A stretch of 64,000 nt of DNA. Source: Streptomyces sp. (GTDB lineage Bacteria > Actinomycetota > Actinomycetes > Streptomycetales > Streptomycetaceae). Every line of letters starts with the position of its first letter. The stretch's first letter is position 1. This document shows, piece after piece, positions 27,578 to 39,296 of the stretch. Under the pieces are notes generated by a model. That model ran no database searches. It saw only the letters and a program-made list of their open reading frames with translations, and was not told the DNA's origin. The translations under genes were made by a program, and so were the position numbers. The stretch is taken from the NCBI GenBank assembly GCA_013362785.1, contig JABFVM010000222.1:19-64018 (forward strand), written 5' to 3'.

Positions 27578-28371
27578 GCGACGATTCCACTCCTGGACCG
27601 ACCGCCGAGAGCACTGTGCTGCGTGCCGAGAGCCCTGTGCTGCGTGCCGAGGCCCTGGTCAAGACGCATTACGGCGAGGGCGCTCCGGCGCATGCCGTGC
27701 GGGGCGTTGATCTTTCCGTCCGGCAGGGCGAGTTCGTGGCCGTCACCGGGCCGTCCGGTGCCGGTAAGTCGACTTTGCTGCATCTGCTGGGCGGACTGCA
27801 GCGACCCGACAGCGGGAGCATCTGGCTGGACGGCGAATGCGCGGACCGGTGGAGCGAGGCCCGCTGGGCGGTGGAGCGCAGGAAGCGCATCGGGATCGTC
27901 TTCCAGTTCTTCAACCTGGTCTCGGATCTGTCCGTCGCCGACAATGTCGAGCTGCCCGCCCTGCTGGCCGGCGTCCCGCCGAAGCGGGCCCGCGCCGAGC
28001 GGACCGAGCTGCTGACCGAGCTGGGCCTGGCGGGCAAGGAGCGGAGCATGCCGGGCGAGCTGTCCGGCGGCGAGCAGCAGCGCGTCGCGCTGGCCCGGGC
28101 CCTGGTCAACCGTCCGCCGCTGCTGCTGGCCGACGAACCCGCGGGCAGCCTGGACAGCAAGGGCACCCGCGAGGTGATGCGGCTGCTGTCCCGCTTCCAC
28201 CAGCGCGGCCAGACGATCGTGCTGGTCACGCATGACGCCCGGCTGGCGAGCGCCGCGGACCGGGTGATCAGCTTCTTCGACGGCCGGATCGCCGACGACG
28301 CCGAACTGGACGGCGGCACCACCCCGCCGCGCCGGTCCGGGATATCGGGCGTCCTGGAGCTGAAGGACTGA
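27574..28371 (+). CDS. MacB/LolD-type ABC ATP-binding protein
   Basis: GPSGAGKS, IGIVFQFFNL, LSGGEQQR, LLADEP, VTHD. The N-terminus has a 21-bp duplication (AESTVLR-AESPVLR). Confidence 0.92.
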   Translation: MSDDSTPGPTAESTVLRAESPVLRAEALVKTHYGEGAPAHAVRGVDLSVRQGEFVAVTGPSGAGKSTLLHLLGGLQRPDSGSIWLDGECADRWSEARWAVERRKRIGIVFQFFNLVSDLSVADNVELPALLAGVPPKRARAERTELLTELGLAGKERSMPGELSGGEQQRVALARALVNRPPLLLADEPAGSLDSKGTREVMRLLSRFHQRGQTIVLVTHDARLASAADRVISFFDGRIADDAELDGGTTPPRRSGISGVLELKD

Positions 28372-28403
28372 CATGCGGCGCTACGACGATCCCTGTGCCC
28401 GGC

Positions 28404-28438
28404 GCGGTCACTCCCCCAGGTGCGGTCACTCCCCCAGG
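28404..28438. repeat. 17-bp direct repeat GCGGTCACTCCCCCAGG x2 (18-bp period)
   Basis: 28404-28420 and 28422-28438. Confidence 0.9.
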
Positions 28439-28476
28439 CACCGGCCTCCCGGTCGCGAGCGGCGAGGCTGACGCCC

Positions 28477-30822
28477 ATGCGAGCCACCCTGCGCTGGGCG
28501 CACTCCGATCTGCGTACGCACCGCGGCGAGGCGCTGTTCCTCGTGCTGGCCACGGCCGGGATCGTCGTCTCGCTACTGCTGGCCACGGCGCTCTTCGGCT
28601 ACGCCACCAACCCCTGGCAGCGCGTCTTCACCCAGGCGCACGGCGCGCACGTCTGGCTGCACACCGGTTCCTCGGCCGACACCGGCAAGCTGGCCGACCT
28701 CGATGGCGTCCAGTCCGTCGCGGGCCCCTACCCCACCTCCTCCACGACCCTGGCCTCCCGGGGCACCCGAGCCTCCGTCGAACTGCGCGGCACGCCCGAG
28801 CGGCCCGCCATCGGCCGCCCGCTGCTGACCTCCGGCCACTGGCTGGACCCGGCGAACCCCGACGGCGTGGTCCTGGAGACCCACCTGGCCCGTGCCCTGC
28901 TGGCCGCCCCCGGCGACACCCTCACCCTGCCCGGCACCGGCCGCACCCTGACCGTCCTCGGCATCGCCGACAACGCCGAGCCCCGCTACCGGCCGGGTGA
29001 GCAGCCGGGCCTCGTCTGGGCGCCACCGGCCGCCGTACGCAATCCGGGCGGCCAGGTGATCGGGCTGCGTCTGACCGACCCCGACGACACGGACTACGCC
29101 GTCCAGCGCGCCGTGACCGTACTGGGCGCCGGTGCGGTCAGCGAGGTCTCCACCTGGAAGCAGGCCCGGGCCGAGGCGCAGGGCGACAACCGACTGCTCG
29201 GACAGGTGCTGGGGCTGTTCGGGCTGGGCGCGCTGATCGCCGCCGGGCTGGCCGTGCACGGGGCGATCGGCACCCGGATCCGCGGTCATCTGCGGGACAT
29301 CTCGGTACTGAAGGCGATCGGCTTCACGCCGGGGCAGGTGGTCCGCGTCTTCCTCCTCCAGCACCTCGCCTACGCGCTGCTCGGCGCCGTGGCCGCGGCC
29401 TCCGTCATCCAGGCCCTGGGCAACCACATCCCCGGCCGGCTCGGGGACGCGGTCGGCGTGTGGCAGGGGCTGCCCGGGCATACGATCGCGCTGTTCACGG
29501 TGCCGGTCGGTGCGGTGCTGCTCATCGGCGCGACCACCTGGCTCGCGGCGTGGCGGGCGGGGCGGGTGCCGCCGGTTCCGGTGCCCCGGCCCGCGGCGCC
29601 GATCGCCGGGGGCCTGTCCGGTGGGGCGGGCCGTGCCCCCGGGCCGCGGTCTGCCGCTGCTTCGCCGGCCGGGCGGCTGTCCGGTCTGTCCCGCCGCGCC
29701 CTCGGGCTACGGCTGCCGCCCGCGCTGGTGCTGGGCTGGCACCGGGCGTTCTCCCGCCGCCCCCGGTCGCTGGCCACGGTCGCCCGGCTGGCGTTGCCGC
29801 TGCTGCTGATCGTGGTCGCGATGAGCGCCTGGACCACCATCGACCGCTTCGACAGCAGCCCCGACCGCATCGGCCTGCCGACCGCCCTGACCGCCCGTGC
29901 CGACTCCGGCCTGACCGACCCGGACGCCCGCGCCCTGCTGGAACGCGACCCGCAGGTCGCCGCCGCCTACCCGGGCGTCGAGGTGGCCGCCCTGGTCCCG
30001 GGGCAGACGGCGACCATCGCCCTGCGCGGCCTCGGCACCGGCCAGGACCCCTACCCGTACGCGCTGGCCGAGGGCCGCCCCGCTCAGGGCCGCGACGAGG
30101 CGGTGGCCGGGCAGGGGCTGCTCGATCTGCTGGACGTGGCGGTCGGCGACTGGGTCCGGGTGACCGTCGGCGACCAGCCGCAGATCCTGCACATCGTGGG
30201 CCGCAGCATCGAGCCGGACAACGCCGGCCGGGTCATCTCCACCTCCCTCGACACCCTCCGCGAGAACGGCACCGGCCTCGGCCCCACCCTCTACGAGCTA
30301 CGGCTCCGCCCGGGCGCCGACCCCGCCGAGGTCGCCGACCGGCTGGCCGAGGCGGGGCAGGGCCGCCTGGACATCCACGCCGTGCCCAATCCCGCCGACG
30401 GGCTCTCGCCGCTGCGGGGAGTCGTCGTGGGCCTGATCGCCGTGCTGGCCCTCATCGGACTGATCGAACTGCTCACCGCGATCGGCGGCACGGTGCGCGA
30501 GGGCGAGCGTGATCTGCTGGCCCTCAAGGCCATCGGCCTCTCCCCACGGCAGATCACCGCGATCACGGTCACGTCCACCGCCTGCACGGCCCTGGCCGCG
30601 GTCGTCGTCGGCACGGCCCTGGGCACACCCCTCGCGCACTGGCTGATCGACGCCCAGGGCAGGTCGAGCGGCATCGGCGCCGGGATCGCCCAGGGCCCGT
30701 CCGTCCCACTCCTGCTCCTGTTCGGCGCCGCCGCGGTCACCGGCGCGGCCGCCCTGGCCGCCGTCCCCGCCTCCCGCGCGGCCCGCCGCCGACTGGCGGA
30801 CACCCTGAGCGCGGTCGCCTGA
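28477..30822 (+). CDS. FtsX/MacB-like ABC permease (two FtsX repeats)
   Basis: RDISVLKAIGFTP and RDLLALKAIGLSP motifs, each preceded by a large extracytoplasmic domain. Confidence 0.88.
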   Translation: MRATLRWAHSDLRTHRGEALFLVLATAGIVVSLLLATALFGYATNPWQRVFTQAHGAHVWLHTGSSADTGKLADLDGVQSVAGPYPTSSTTLASRGTRASVELRGTPERPAIGRPLLTSGHWLDPANPDGVVLETHLARALLAAPGDTLTLPGTGRTLTVLGIADNAEPRYRPGEQPGLVWAPPAAVRNPGGQVIGLRLTDPDDTDYAVQRAVTVLGAGAVSEVSTWKQARAEAQGDNRLLGQVLGLFGLGALIAAGLAVHGAIGTRIRGHLRDISVLKAIGFTPGQVVRVFLLQHLAYALLGAVAAASVIQALGNHIPGRLGDAVGVWQGLPGHTIALFTVPVGAVLLIGATTWLAAWRAGRVPPVPVPRPAAPIAGGLSGGAGRAPGPRSAAASPAGRLSGLSRRALGLRLPPALVLGWHRAFSRRPRSLATVARLALPLLLIVVAMSAWTTIDRFDSSPDRIGLPTALTARADSGLTDPDARALLERDPQVAAAYPGVEVAALVPGQTATIALRGLGTGQDPYPYALAEGRPAQGRDEAVAGQGLLDLLDVAVGDWVRVTVGDQPQILHIVGRSIEPDNAGRVISTSLDTLRENGTGLGPTLYELRLRPGADPAEVADRLAEAGQGRLDIHAVPNPADGLSPLRGVVVGLIAVLALIGLIELLTAIGGTVREGERDLLALKAIGLSPRQITAITVTSTACTALAAVVVGTALGTPLAHWLIDAQGRSSGIGAGIAQGPSVPLLLLFGAAAVTGAAALAAVPASRAARRRLADTLSAVA

Positions 30823-30854
30823 CCTGCGGCCGGGACACGACGGGTTTCCCGAGG

Positions 30855-31817
30855 TCAGCGGCCGTAGGGGCCGTTGCCGTGGGGGTGCTGCGGGTTGTAC
30901 GGGGGCGGCGGGCTGTGCGGGTGCGGCGGCCGTGGGGCGTACGGATTCTGCGGGCCCGGTGCGTAGGGGTTCCCGGGTGGTGCGTACGGGTTGCCCTGCG
31001 GCGGCACGAAACCGTTCGGTGCGTACGACGGCGGGGGCGGGGGCGGTGTCGGAGTGGGCGTCGGCAGCGGCGGCACGGCGGCCGGGTGGTCCGCCAGCCG
31101 GATGCCGTACCGGCTCTTGAGGCGGCCCATCTCCAGCAGGGCGATGGCCGTGACCGTCACGGGGGCACCCAGGATGAAGACGAAGCCCATGGCGAGGCCG
31201 AGGCCGTGCAGATCACCCGTGATGAGGTCGGGGATGGCCATCAGCCATGTCGTCACCGTGGCGAGCAGCGGCGGCAGACAGCGATGCACGACGGCCGTGC
31301 CGAAGAAGTTCCCCGAGATCCGGTAGGCACCGGCGATCACGAAGAAGGCCATCCACAGCCCCACAAAGCTGAACAGCAGGTTCCCGAGCGTCCCGAGGGC
31401 ACCTCCCAACCGGAAGATCAACACCGTCCCGAGCGCCGAGCCGATGAACAGCAGCAGCAACTTCAACGACCTGACCAGCGGCTCCCGCAGCTGCGCCACC
31501 GTACCGGCGCCGGAACGCCGCCAGAGGTAGAGCATCACGCCCACCGTGAGCGGCGTGATGAACAGCAGGACCACACAGGCGGTCGCCGCGTTGTCCAGCA
31601 TCTCGTCGAAGGCGAAGCCGCCCTCGACGAAGGTGTAGACACCGAACGCCGCGACCGCCCCGGCGATGACCCGCACCCGCTTGAGGGCGTCCACCGACGG
31701 ATCCAGCGACTGGGGGATCCAGGTCGGATGGAACATCGCCCGCGCCACATGATGGGGCTTCAGGAACGACCGCGCGGTCAGCGTGCCGCCGGTCCAACTC
31801 CCCTGTGGATATGTCAA
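30855..31817 (-). CDS. Hypothetical membrane protein with a Pro-rich C-terminal tail
   Basis: About 6 TM segments, a (G/Q)NPYAP-repeat tail, RBS GGGGAG before a TTG start. Confidence 0.75.
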   Translation of the reverse strand: MTYPQGSWTGGTLTARSFLKPHHVARAMFHPTWIPQSLDPSVDALKRVRVIAGAVAAFGVYTFVEGGFAFDEMLDNAATACVVLLFITPLTVGVMLYLWRRSGAGTVAQLREPLVRSLKLLLLFIGSALGTVLIFRLGGALGTLGNLLFSFVGLWMAFFVIAGAYRISGNFFGTAVVHRCLPPLLATVTTWLMAIPDLITGDLHGLGLAMGFVFILGAPVTVTAIALLEMGRLKSRYGIRLADHPAAVPPLPTPTPTPPPPPPSYAPNGFVPPQGNPYAPPGNPYAPGPQNPYAPRPPHPHSPPPPYNPQHPHGNGPYGR

Positions 31818-31884
31818 GTTGCACTCCCCCGAGTGATCGTTTTCATGATCACCGAGGGAGTTTACGGCAAGCGGACGGCCACGG

Positions 31885-33540
31885 TCACTGCCGGCCGCGC
31901 AGCTCCCGGTACTTGGCGACGAGCGCCTTCGTCGACGCGTCCAGCCCCGGCACGTCCGCGCCCTCGGTCAGCGCGGGCTCGACCCGCTTGGCGAGGACCT
32001 TGCCGAGTTCGACGCCCCACTGGTCGAAGGAGTCGATGTTCCACACCGCGCCCTGTACGAACACCTTGTGCTCGTACAGCGCGATCAACTGGCCCAGCAC
32101 CGACGGGGTCAGCTCACGGGCGAGGATCGTGGTCGTCGGATGGTCGCCCTTGAACGTCTTGTGGGTCACCAACTCCTCCGGCACCCCCTCGGCCCGCACC
32201 TCCTCCGGCGTCTTGCCGAACGCCAGCGCCTGCGTCTGCGCGAAGAAGTTCGCCATCAGCAGGTCGTGCTGCGCCTTGAGTCCGTCGCTCATCTCGGCGA
32301 CCGGCTCGGCGAAGCCGATGAAGTCCGCCGGGATCAGCTTGGTGCCCTGGTGGATCAGCTGGTAGTAGGCGTGCTGCCCGTTGGTCCCCGGCGTGCCCCA
32401 CACGACCGGCCCGGTCTGCCAGTCGACCTCCTGCCCGTCCCGGCCGACGTACTTGCCGTTGGACTCCATGTCCAACTGCTGCAGATACGCCGTGAACTTG
32501 GACAGGTAGTGGCTGTACGGCAGCACGGCGTGCGACTGGGCGTCGTGGAAGTTGCCGTACCAGATGCCCAACAGGCCCAGCAGCAGCGGCACGTTGGCCT
32601 CGGCGGGCGCGGTGCGGAAGTGCTCGTCGACGATCCGGAAGCCGTCGAGCATCTCCCGGAAACGGTCCGGCCCGATGGCGATCATCAGCGACAGCCCGAT
32701 CGCCGAGTCGTACGAGTACCGCCCGCCGACCCAGTCCCAGAACTCGAACATGTTGACCGTGTCGATGCCGAAGTCCGCGACCTTCTCGGCGTTCGTCGAC
32801 AAAGCGACGAAGTGCTTCGCGACGGCTTCCGGCCCGGCCTTCAACTCGCCCAGCAGCCAGTTGCGCGCGGACGTGGCGTTGGTGATCGTCTCGATCGTGG
32901 TGAAGGTCTTGGACGCGATGATGAACAGCGTCTCGGCCGCGTCCAGGTCTCGGACGGCCTCGTGCAGATCGGCGCCGTCGACGTTCGACACGAAACGAAC
33001 CGTGAGATCGCGGTCGGTGAAGCTGCGCAGCACCTCGTACGCCATCGCCGGGCCGAGGTCGGAGCCGCCGATACCGACGTTGACGACGTTCCTGATGCGC
33101 TTGCCGGTGTGGCCGGTCCAGGCGCCGGAGCGGACCCGCTCGGCGAAGTCGGCCATCTTGTCGAGGACGGCGTGCACACCGGGGACGACGTTCTCCCCGT
33201 CGACCTCGACCACCGCGTCGCGCGGCGCCCGCAGCGCGGTGTGCAGCACGGCCCGGTTCTCGGTGGTGTTGATCTTCTCGCCGCGGAACATGGCGTCCCG
33301 CAGCCCGAACACATCCGTGGCGGCGGCCAGCTCGCGCAGCAGCCGCAGCGTCTCGTCGGTGACCAGGTGCTTGGAGTAGTCGATGTGCAGGTCGCCCACC
33401 TGCAGTGTGTACCCCGCGCCGCGGCCCGGGGCGGCGGCGAACAGCTCCCGCAGCCGCACCTCGCCCAGCTCCTCGCGGTGCTTGGCCAGCGCGGTCCACT
33501 CGGGCGTCCGGTTGAGCCTGGTACGGCCGTCTGCGTTCAT
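31885..33540 (-). CDS. pgi: Glucose-6-phosphate isomerase
   Basis: [43 protein letters not shown]. Confidence 0.97.
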   Translation of the reverse strand: MNADGRTRLNRTPEWTALAKHREELGEVRLRELFAAAPGRGAGYTLQVGDLHIDYSKHLVTDETLRLLRELAAATDVFGLRDAMFRGEKINTTENRAVLHTALRAPRDAVVEVDGENVVPGVHAVLDKMADFAERVRSGAWTGHTGKRIRNVVNVGIGGSDLGPAMAYEVLRSFTDRDLTVRFVSNVDGADLHEAVRDLDAAETLFIIASKTFTTIETITNATSARNWLLGELKAGPEAVAKHFVALSTNAEKVADFGIDTVNMFEFWDWVGGRYSYDSAIGLSLMIAIGPDRFREMLDGFRIVDEHFRTAPAEANVPLLLGLLGIWYGNFHDAQSHAVLPYSHYLSKFTAYLQQLDMESNGKYVGRDGQEVDWQTGPVVWGTPGTNGQHAYYQLIHQGTKLIPADFIGFAEPVAEMSDGLKAQHDLLMANFFAQTQALAFGKTPEEVRAEGVPEELVTHKTFKGDHPTTTILARELTPSVLGQLIALYEHKVFVQGAVWNIDSFDQWGVELGKVLAKRVEPALTEGADVPGLDASTKALVAKYRELRGRQ

Positions 33541-33592
33541 GTCCGACTTCAGCCTTCTTTCGTGCCTGTCCCAGCTGTTCCAACCTAATTGA

Positions 33593-34861
33593 TCAGCGCG
33601 TGGCGTGACCCGTCGTGGCGGCGTCGTCCGGCGCAACAACAGATACGTCCGCCTTGCGCGCGGGTATCAGCGCGGCGAGGGCCAGTACGAAGAAGGCGGC
33701 CGTGAGCAGGGGCGGGGTGTTCAGCCCCCAGGCGGTGGCGACGGCACCGCCGAGCAGGGCGCCCAGCGGCACCCCGGCGAAGGCCAGCGTCCGGAAGGCC
33801 GAGGCCACCCGGCCCAGCAGTTCGGCGGGGCTGCGCTGCTGCATGAGCGTCGTCGTGTTGACGTTCCACACCATGCCCATGAGCCCGAAGACGGCCAGGG
33901 CCGCCACCAACACGGCCAGGCTGCGCACGGTGCCCATGACGACGAGGGCCGCGGTCTGCACCGTACCGGCGAGCAGCACGGCCGGAATCCGGCCCAGGTG
34001 CCGCACGGTCCGTCCGTTCACCACTCCCCCGGCGAGCCCGCCGACGGTGACCGCGGCACCCGCCGCCGCGTACCCCGCGGGGCCGGCGTCCAGCCATCCG
34101 GTCACCAGGACGACCAGGGTGGCGAGCTGGGCGCCCATCCCGATGTTGCACAGGGCGGTCGCGGCACACAGACCCCGCAGGGGCCCGTCGTGCCACAGGG
34201 TGCGCAGGCCCTCCGCGATCTCCCGGCGCAGGGTGCTACCCGCCGCGGCCGGCTTCCGCTCGGGCGCCTCGACGCGCAGCGAGGCCACCAGCGCGGCCGC
34301 GATGAGGAAGGTGGCGGCGTCGGCGGCGAAGGGGACGGCGGCGCCCGCCGCGAGCAGCAATGGCACCACCGGTCCGCCGACCAGTCCGCCCGCGATGCGC
34401 TGCCCGGTCATCAGCCGGGCGTTCGCGCTGCCGAGGGCGTCATGGTCCACCAGGGCGGGGAGCAGAGCCGTGGACGCGTTGTCGAACAGGGTCTGGAGCG
34501 CGGTCAGGGTGAAGGCCAGTGCGATGAGCAGGCCGATCGAGGCATGCCCGAGCGCCACGCCCACCGCGAACCCGGCGACCAGCAGGCCGCGTAACGCGTC
34601 CACCGTCCACATCGCGCGCCGCTGGTCCACCCGGTCGGCGACGGCGCCGCCGAGCAGCCCGAAGACGATCCACGGCAGATAGCCGCAGGCGGTGACCGCG
34701 GCGATCAGCAGCGGCCGGTCCGTCAGCGTCACGGCGAGGAGCGGCAGGGCTGCCGTACGCAGGGAGTCGCCGAAGCTGGAGAGCACGGCGGCGCTCCACA
34801 GCCGTCCGAATCCGCCGCGCCACGCGGGCGCGCACAGGCCAGCCATCTCAGCCGTCGCCAC
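33593..34861 (-). CDS. MFS transporter (DHA3/macrolide-efflux-like)
   Basis: About 12 TM segments, [11 protein letters not shown] motif [12 protein letters not shown] at codon 90. Confidence 0.88.
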   Translation of the reverse strand: MATAEMAGLCAPAWRGGFGRLWSAAVLSSFGDSLRTAALPLLAVTLTDRPLLIAAVTACGYLPWIVFGLLGGAVADRVDQRRAMWTVDALRGLLVAGFAVGVALGHASIGLLIALAFTLTALQTLFDNASTALLPALVDHDALGSANARLMTGQRIAGGLVGGPVVPLLLAAGAAVPFAADAATFLIAAALVASLRVEAPERKPAAAGSTLRREIAEGLRTLWHDGPLRGLCAATALCNIGMGAQLATLVVLVTGWLDAGPAGYAAAGAAVTVGGLAGGVVNGRTVRHLGRIPAVLLAGTVQTAALVVMGTVRSLAVLVAALAVFGLMGMVWNVNTTTLMQQRSPAELLGRVASAFRTLAFAGVPLGALLGGAVATAWGLNTPPLLTAAFFVLALAALIPARKADVSVVAPDDAATTGHATR

Positions 34862-34904
34862 AACTCCCCCTCACGGTCCTTCGATACGGAAGATCGATAC
34901 ACAA

Positions 34905-34926
34905 ACCGTAGAGGGCACCACTGACA
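34905..34926 (-). promoter_or_regulatory. RecA-NDp/PafBC-type DNA-damage promoter upstream of the MFS gene
   Basis: Minus strand reads (T)TGTCAG-TGGTGCCCTC-TACGGT. Confidence 0.65.
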
Positions 34927-35006
34927 ATCGGTCCGCGAGCAGCTCGGGGCCGTGGGTCGAACAGGTCCGGCCAGGCGCCCGTGGGCACCCGGCCGGTCCT
35001 CAATTC

Positions 35007-35342
35007 CTAGATCTCGCCCCGCAGTTTGGCGAGTGCCTCGGCGAGGATCGCCTCGCCGTCTGCGTCGCTGCGTCGTTCCCGTACATACGCGAGGTGCGTC
35101 TTGTAGGGCTCGGTGCGCGGCGGGTCCGGCGGGTTGTCCCGGTCCTGCCCGGCGGGAAAGCCGCAGCGCGGGCAGTCCCAGGTGTCGGGAACCTGCGCGT
35201 CGCTGGCGAAGCTGGGCTGCGTCTCATGCCCGTTGGAGCACCAGAAGGAGATGCGCAGCCGGGGCGCGGACTCGCCCCGCTCGGCCTCGCCCATCGGCCC
35301 CGCCCCGACCCGGCTTCCTCGGATCGCGTTGCCACTTGCCAC
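35007..35342 (-). CDS. RbpA-family RNA polymerase-binding protein (paralogue next to secG)
   Basis: AIRGSRVG, C..GH...F...A.VP..W.CPRCG, KTHLAYVRERRS. Confidence 0.85.
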   Translation of the reverse strand: MASGNAIRGSRVGAGPMGEAERGESAPRLRISFWCSNGHETQPSFASDAQVPDTWDCPRCGFPAGQDRDNPPDPPRTEPYKTHLAYVRERRSDADGEAILAEALAKLRGEI

Positions 35343-35575
35343 GGTCGTAACTCCCTGCGTGATGGTGCCGCAAAGCGAGTCGGCGTTTCGCTTCGCTGCG
35401 AGCGCCTCAGTCTACGTAAGGCCCAACGCGCGTCCAGTGATTGGAGTTACAGAGCCCTCACACCAAGACGCAAGCCCCATGATAGGCCGCGCTCAGCTGC
35501 GCGTACCCAACATGGGGCCTTACGTGTGGAATGCGGGCGGAATGGGCCCGCCGGTCTGCTTCCGACCTGGTCAGG

Positions 35576-35812
35576 TCAGTTGTTGACCTTCATCAGGATG
35601 CCGAGTACGACAATGCACGCGAACCACAGCAGACCGACAACGATGGTGATCCGGTCGAGGTTGCGCTCTGCGACCGAGGAGCCACCGACGGACGACTGCA
35701 TGCCGCCACCGAACATGTCGGAGAGGCCGCCGCCCTTCCCCTTGTGCATCAGCACCAGCAGCATCATCAGCCCGCTGAAGACGATCAGGGCGATCGAGAA
35801 CCCCATAACCAC
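35576..35812 (-). CDS. secG: Preprotein translocase subunit SecG
   Basis: LMHKGKGGGLSDMFGGG...ERNLDRIT; downstream of tpiA. Confidence 0.95.
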   Translation of the reverse strand: MVMGFSIALIVFSGLMMLLVLMHKGKGGGLSDMFGGGMQSSVGGSSVAERNLDRITIVVGLLWFACIVVLGILMKVNN

Positions 35813-35848
35813 GGCTGGACCAACTTCCTCGGATCTGGATGGACGACA

Positions 35849-35874
35849 GGGGCACAGCCTCAGGGCTGTGCCCC
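35849..35874. terminator. Stem-loop downstream of tpiA
   Basis: GGGGCACAGCC-TCAG-GGCTGTGCCCC. Confidence 0.6.
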
Positions 35875-35908
35875 CGCAAGGGTACGACGTATCGCCGCTA
35901 CCGCATAC

Positions 35909-36685
35909 TCACTGGTCGCGGAAGCGCACGATCTTGACGAACTCGTCGGCGTCCAGTGAGGCACCGCCGACCAGGGCGCCGTCGATGTCGGCCTGCGCCA
36001 TGATCTCGGCGACGTTGCCCGACTTCACGGAGCCGCCGTACTGGATGCGGATCTTGTCGGCCACGTCCTGCGAGTACAGCTCGGCCAGCTTGCCGCGGAT
36101 GGCGGCGCAGACCTCCTGGGCGTCCTCGGCGCCGCAGACCTTGCCGGTGCCGATGGCCCAGACGGGCTCGTAGGCGATCACGACGGTCTCGGCCTGCTCG
36201 GCCGGGAGGCCCTTCAGACCGCCCTCGACCTGGGCGAGCGTGTGCGGGACGGCGTTGCCGGCCTCGCGGATCTCCAGCTCCTCGCCGACGCACATGATCG
36301 GCGTCAGGCCGTGCTTGTAGGCGGCCTTGACCTTGGCGTTGACGATCTCGTCGGTCTCGGCGTGGTACTGGCGGCGCTCGGAGTGGCCGATCGCCACGTA
36401 CGTGCACTTCAGCTTGGCCAGCATCGGGCCGGAGATCTCGCCCGTGTAGGCACCGGAGTCCTGTGCCGAGATGTCCTGGGCGCCGTACTTGATCTTCAGC
36501 TTGTCGCCGTCGACCAGGGTCTGTACGGAGCGCAGGTCGGTGAAGGGCGGCAGGACGGCGACCTCGACGGCCTCGTAGTCCTTGTCGGCCAGGGCGAAGG
36601 CGAGCTTCTGGACGTGGGCGATGGCCTCAAGGTGGTTGAGGTTCATCTTCCAGTTGCCCGCCATCAGCGGCGTGCGCGTGCTCAT
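35909..36685 (-). CDS. tpiA: Triosephosphate isomerase
   Basis: [29 protein letters not shown]. Confidence 0.98.
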   Translation of the reverse strand: MSTRTPLMAGNWKMNLNHLEAIAHVQKLAFALADKDYEAVEVAVLPPFTDLRSVQTLVDGDKLKIKYGAQDISAQDSGAYTGEISGPMLAKLKCTYVAIGHSERRQYHAETDEIVNAKVKAAYKHGLTPIMCVGEELEIREAGNAVPHTLAQVEGGLKGLPAEQAETVVIAYEPVWAIGTGKVCGAEDAQEVCAAIRGKLAELYSQDVADKIRIQYGGSVKSGNVAEIMAQADIDGALVGGASLDADEFVKIVRFRDQ

Positions 36686-36691
36686 AAAGGG

Positions 36692-37903
36692 TCAGTCCTC
36701 CAGTGCGGCGAGGCCGGGGAGCGTCTTGCCCTCAAGGTATTCGAGGGAGGCGCCGCCACCGGTCGAGATGTGGCCGAATGCCGTCTCGTCGAAGCCCAGG
36801 GTGCGGACGGCCGCGGCGGAGTCTCCGCCACCGACCACGGTGAAGCCCTTGGAGTCGACGAGGGCCTGGGCGACCGCCTTGGTGCCCTCGGCGTAGTCGG
36901 GGTGCTCGAAGACGCCCATGGGGCCGTTCCAGAAGACGGTGGCGGCGTCGGCGAGCTTCGAGGCGTACAGCTTGCGGGTCTCCGGACCGATGTCCAGGCC
37001 CTCCTGGTCGGCGGGGATGGCGTCCGCGGCGACGGTCGTGGGGTTGGCCGGGGCCTTGGTCTTCAGGTCCGGGAACTCGGTGGAGACCAGGACGTCGACC
37101 GGCAGGACGATCTCGACGCCGTTCTTCTCGGCGCGCTCCAGGTACTCGGTGACGGCCGGGATCTGGTCCGCCTGGAGCAGGGAGATGCCGACCTCGTGAC
37201 CCTTGGCCTTGAGGAAGGTGTACGCCATGCCGCCGCCGATGAGCAGCCGGTCGGCCTTGCCGAGCAGCTGGTCGATGACGGCGAGCTTGTCGGACACCTT
37301 GGCGCCGCCGAGGGCGACGACGTAGGGCCGCTTGACGTCGGCGGTGAGCTTCTTCAGGACGCCGACCTCGGTGGCGATGAGGTGGCCGGCGTAGTGCGGC
37401 AGCCGGGCCGGAAGGTCGTACACCGAGGCGTGCTTGCGGTGCACGGCGCCGAAGCCGTCACCGACGTAGACGTCCACGAGGGCCGCGAGCCGGTCGGCGA
37501 AGGCGGCGCGCTCGGCGTCGTCCTTGCTGGTCTCGCCGGCGTTGAAGCGGAGGTTCTCGACGACCGCGACCTGGCCGTCGGCGAGGCCGGCGACCGTGGC
37601 CTGAGCGGACTCGCCGACCGTGTCGGTCGCGAAGGCCACGTCGGCGCCGAGGAGTTCACCGAGGCGCGCGGCGGCGGGCGCCAGGGAGAAGGCCGGGTCC
37701 GGGGCGCCCTTGGGGCGGCCCAGGTGGGAGGCGACGACCACGCGGGCGCCCGCCTCGGCCAGCGCCTTGACGGTGGGCAGGACTGCGCGGATACGGCCGT
37801 CGTCGGTGATCGTGGTGCCGTCCAGCGGCACGTTCAGGTCGGCGCGGACGAAGACCCGCTTGCCTGCGACGCCTTCGGAGAGAAGTTCGTCGATCGTCTT
37901 CAT
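36692..37903 (-). CDS. pgk: Phosphoglycerate kinase
   Basis: [38 protein letters not shown]. Confidence 0.98.
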   Translation of the reverse strand: MKTIDELLSEGVAGKRVFVRADLNVPLDGTTITDDGRIRAVLPTVKALAEAGARVVVASHLGRPKGAPDPAFSLAPAAARLGELLGADVAFATDTVGESAQATVAGLADGQVAVVENLRFNAGETSKDDAERAAFADRLAALVDVYVGDGFGAVHRKHASVYDLPARLPHYAGHLIATEVGVLKKLTADVKRPYVVALGGAKVSDKLAVIDQLLGKADRLLIGGGMAYTFLKAKGHEVGISLLQADQIPAVTEYLERAEKNGVEIVLPVDVLVSTEFPDLKTKAPANPTTVAADAIPADQEGLDIGPETRKLYASKLADAATVFWNGPMGVFEHPDYAEGTKAVAQALVDSKGFTVVGGGDSAAAVRTLGFDETAFGHISTGGGASLEYLEGKTLPGLAALED

Positions 37904-37986
37904 GAAGGGGACTCCTGAGGAGGGCTCGTGATCGCTCTTGATCGCTCGAAAGCGCTCGTGATCCAACAGGTCTGTTCTGCACGCGC

Positions 37987-38030
37987 GTCAGGGCTCGGAC
38001 GGCGCGTCCCTGCGCCGCCCGAGCCCTGAC
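37987..38030. terminator. Stem-loop between gap and pgk (partial terminator or mRNA stabiliser)
   Basis: GTCAGGGCTCGG...CCGAGCCCTGAC. Confidence 0.65.
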
Positions 38031-38056
38031 TCACATCAATGCGCCTGCTCTGGATA

Positions 38057-39145
<1,089 letters not shown>

Positions 39146-39196
39146 CTACCTCTCTGTGGCCGCCGTGGTGACATCCAGATGCCTCATACACGGCAC

Positions 39197-39232
39197 GGCG
39201 GTCCGTACCCGCCAGTAGGGGTACGGACCGCC
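39197..39232. promoter_or_regulatory. 14-bp inverted repeat upstream of gap (operator or terminator)
   Basis: GGCGGTCCGTACCC-N8-GGGTACGGACCGCC. Confidence 0.55.
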
Positions 39233-39296
39233 CGGCCCGGAAGCCTGGATCACTCGATTTGGTCACGCTGTGTCACGCGTCGTTGACCTCGGCGTG

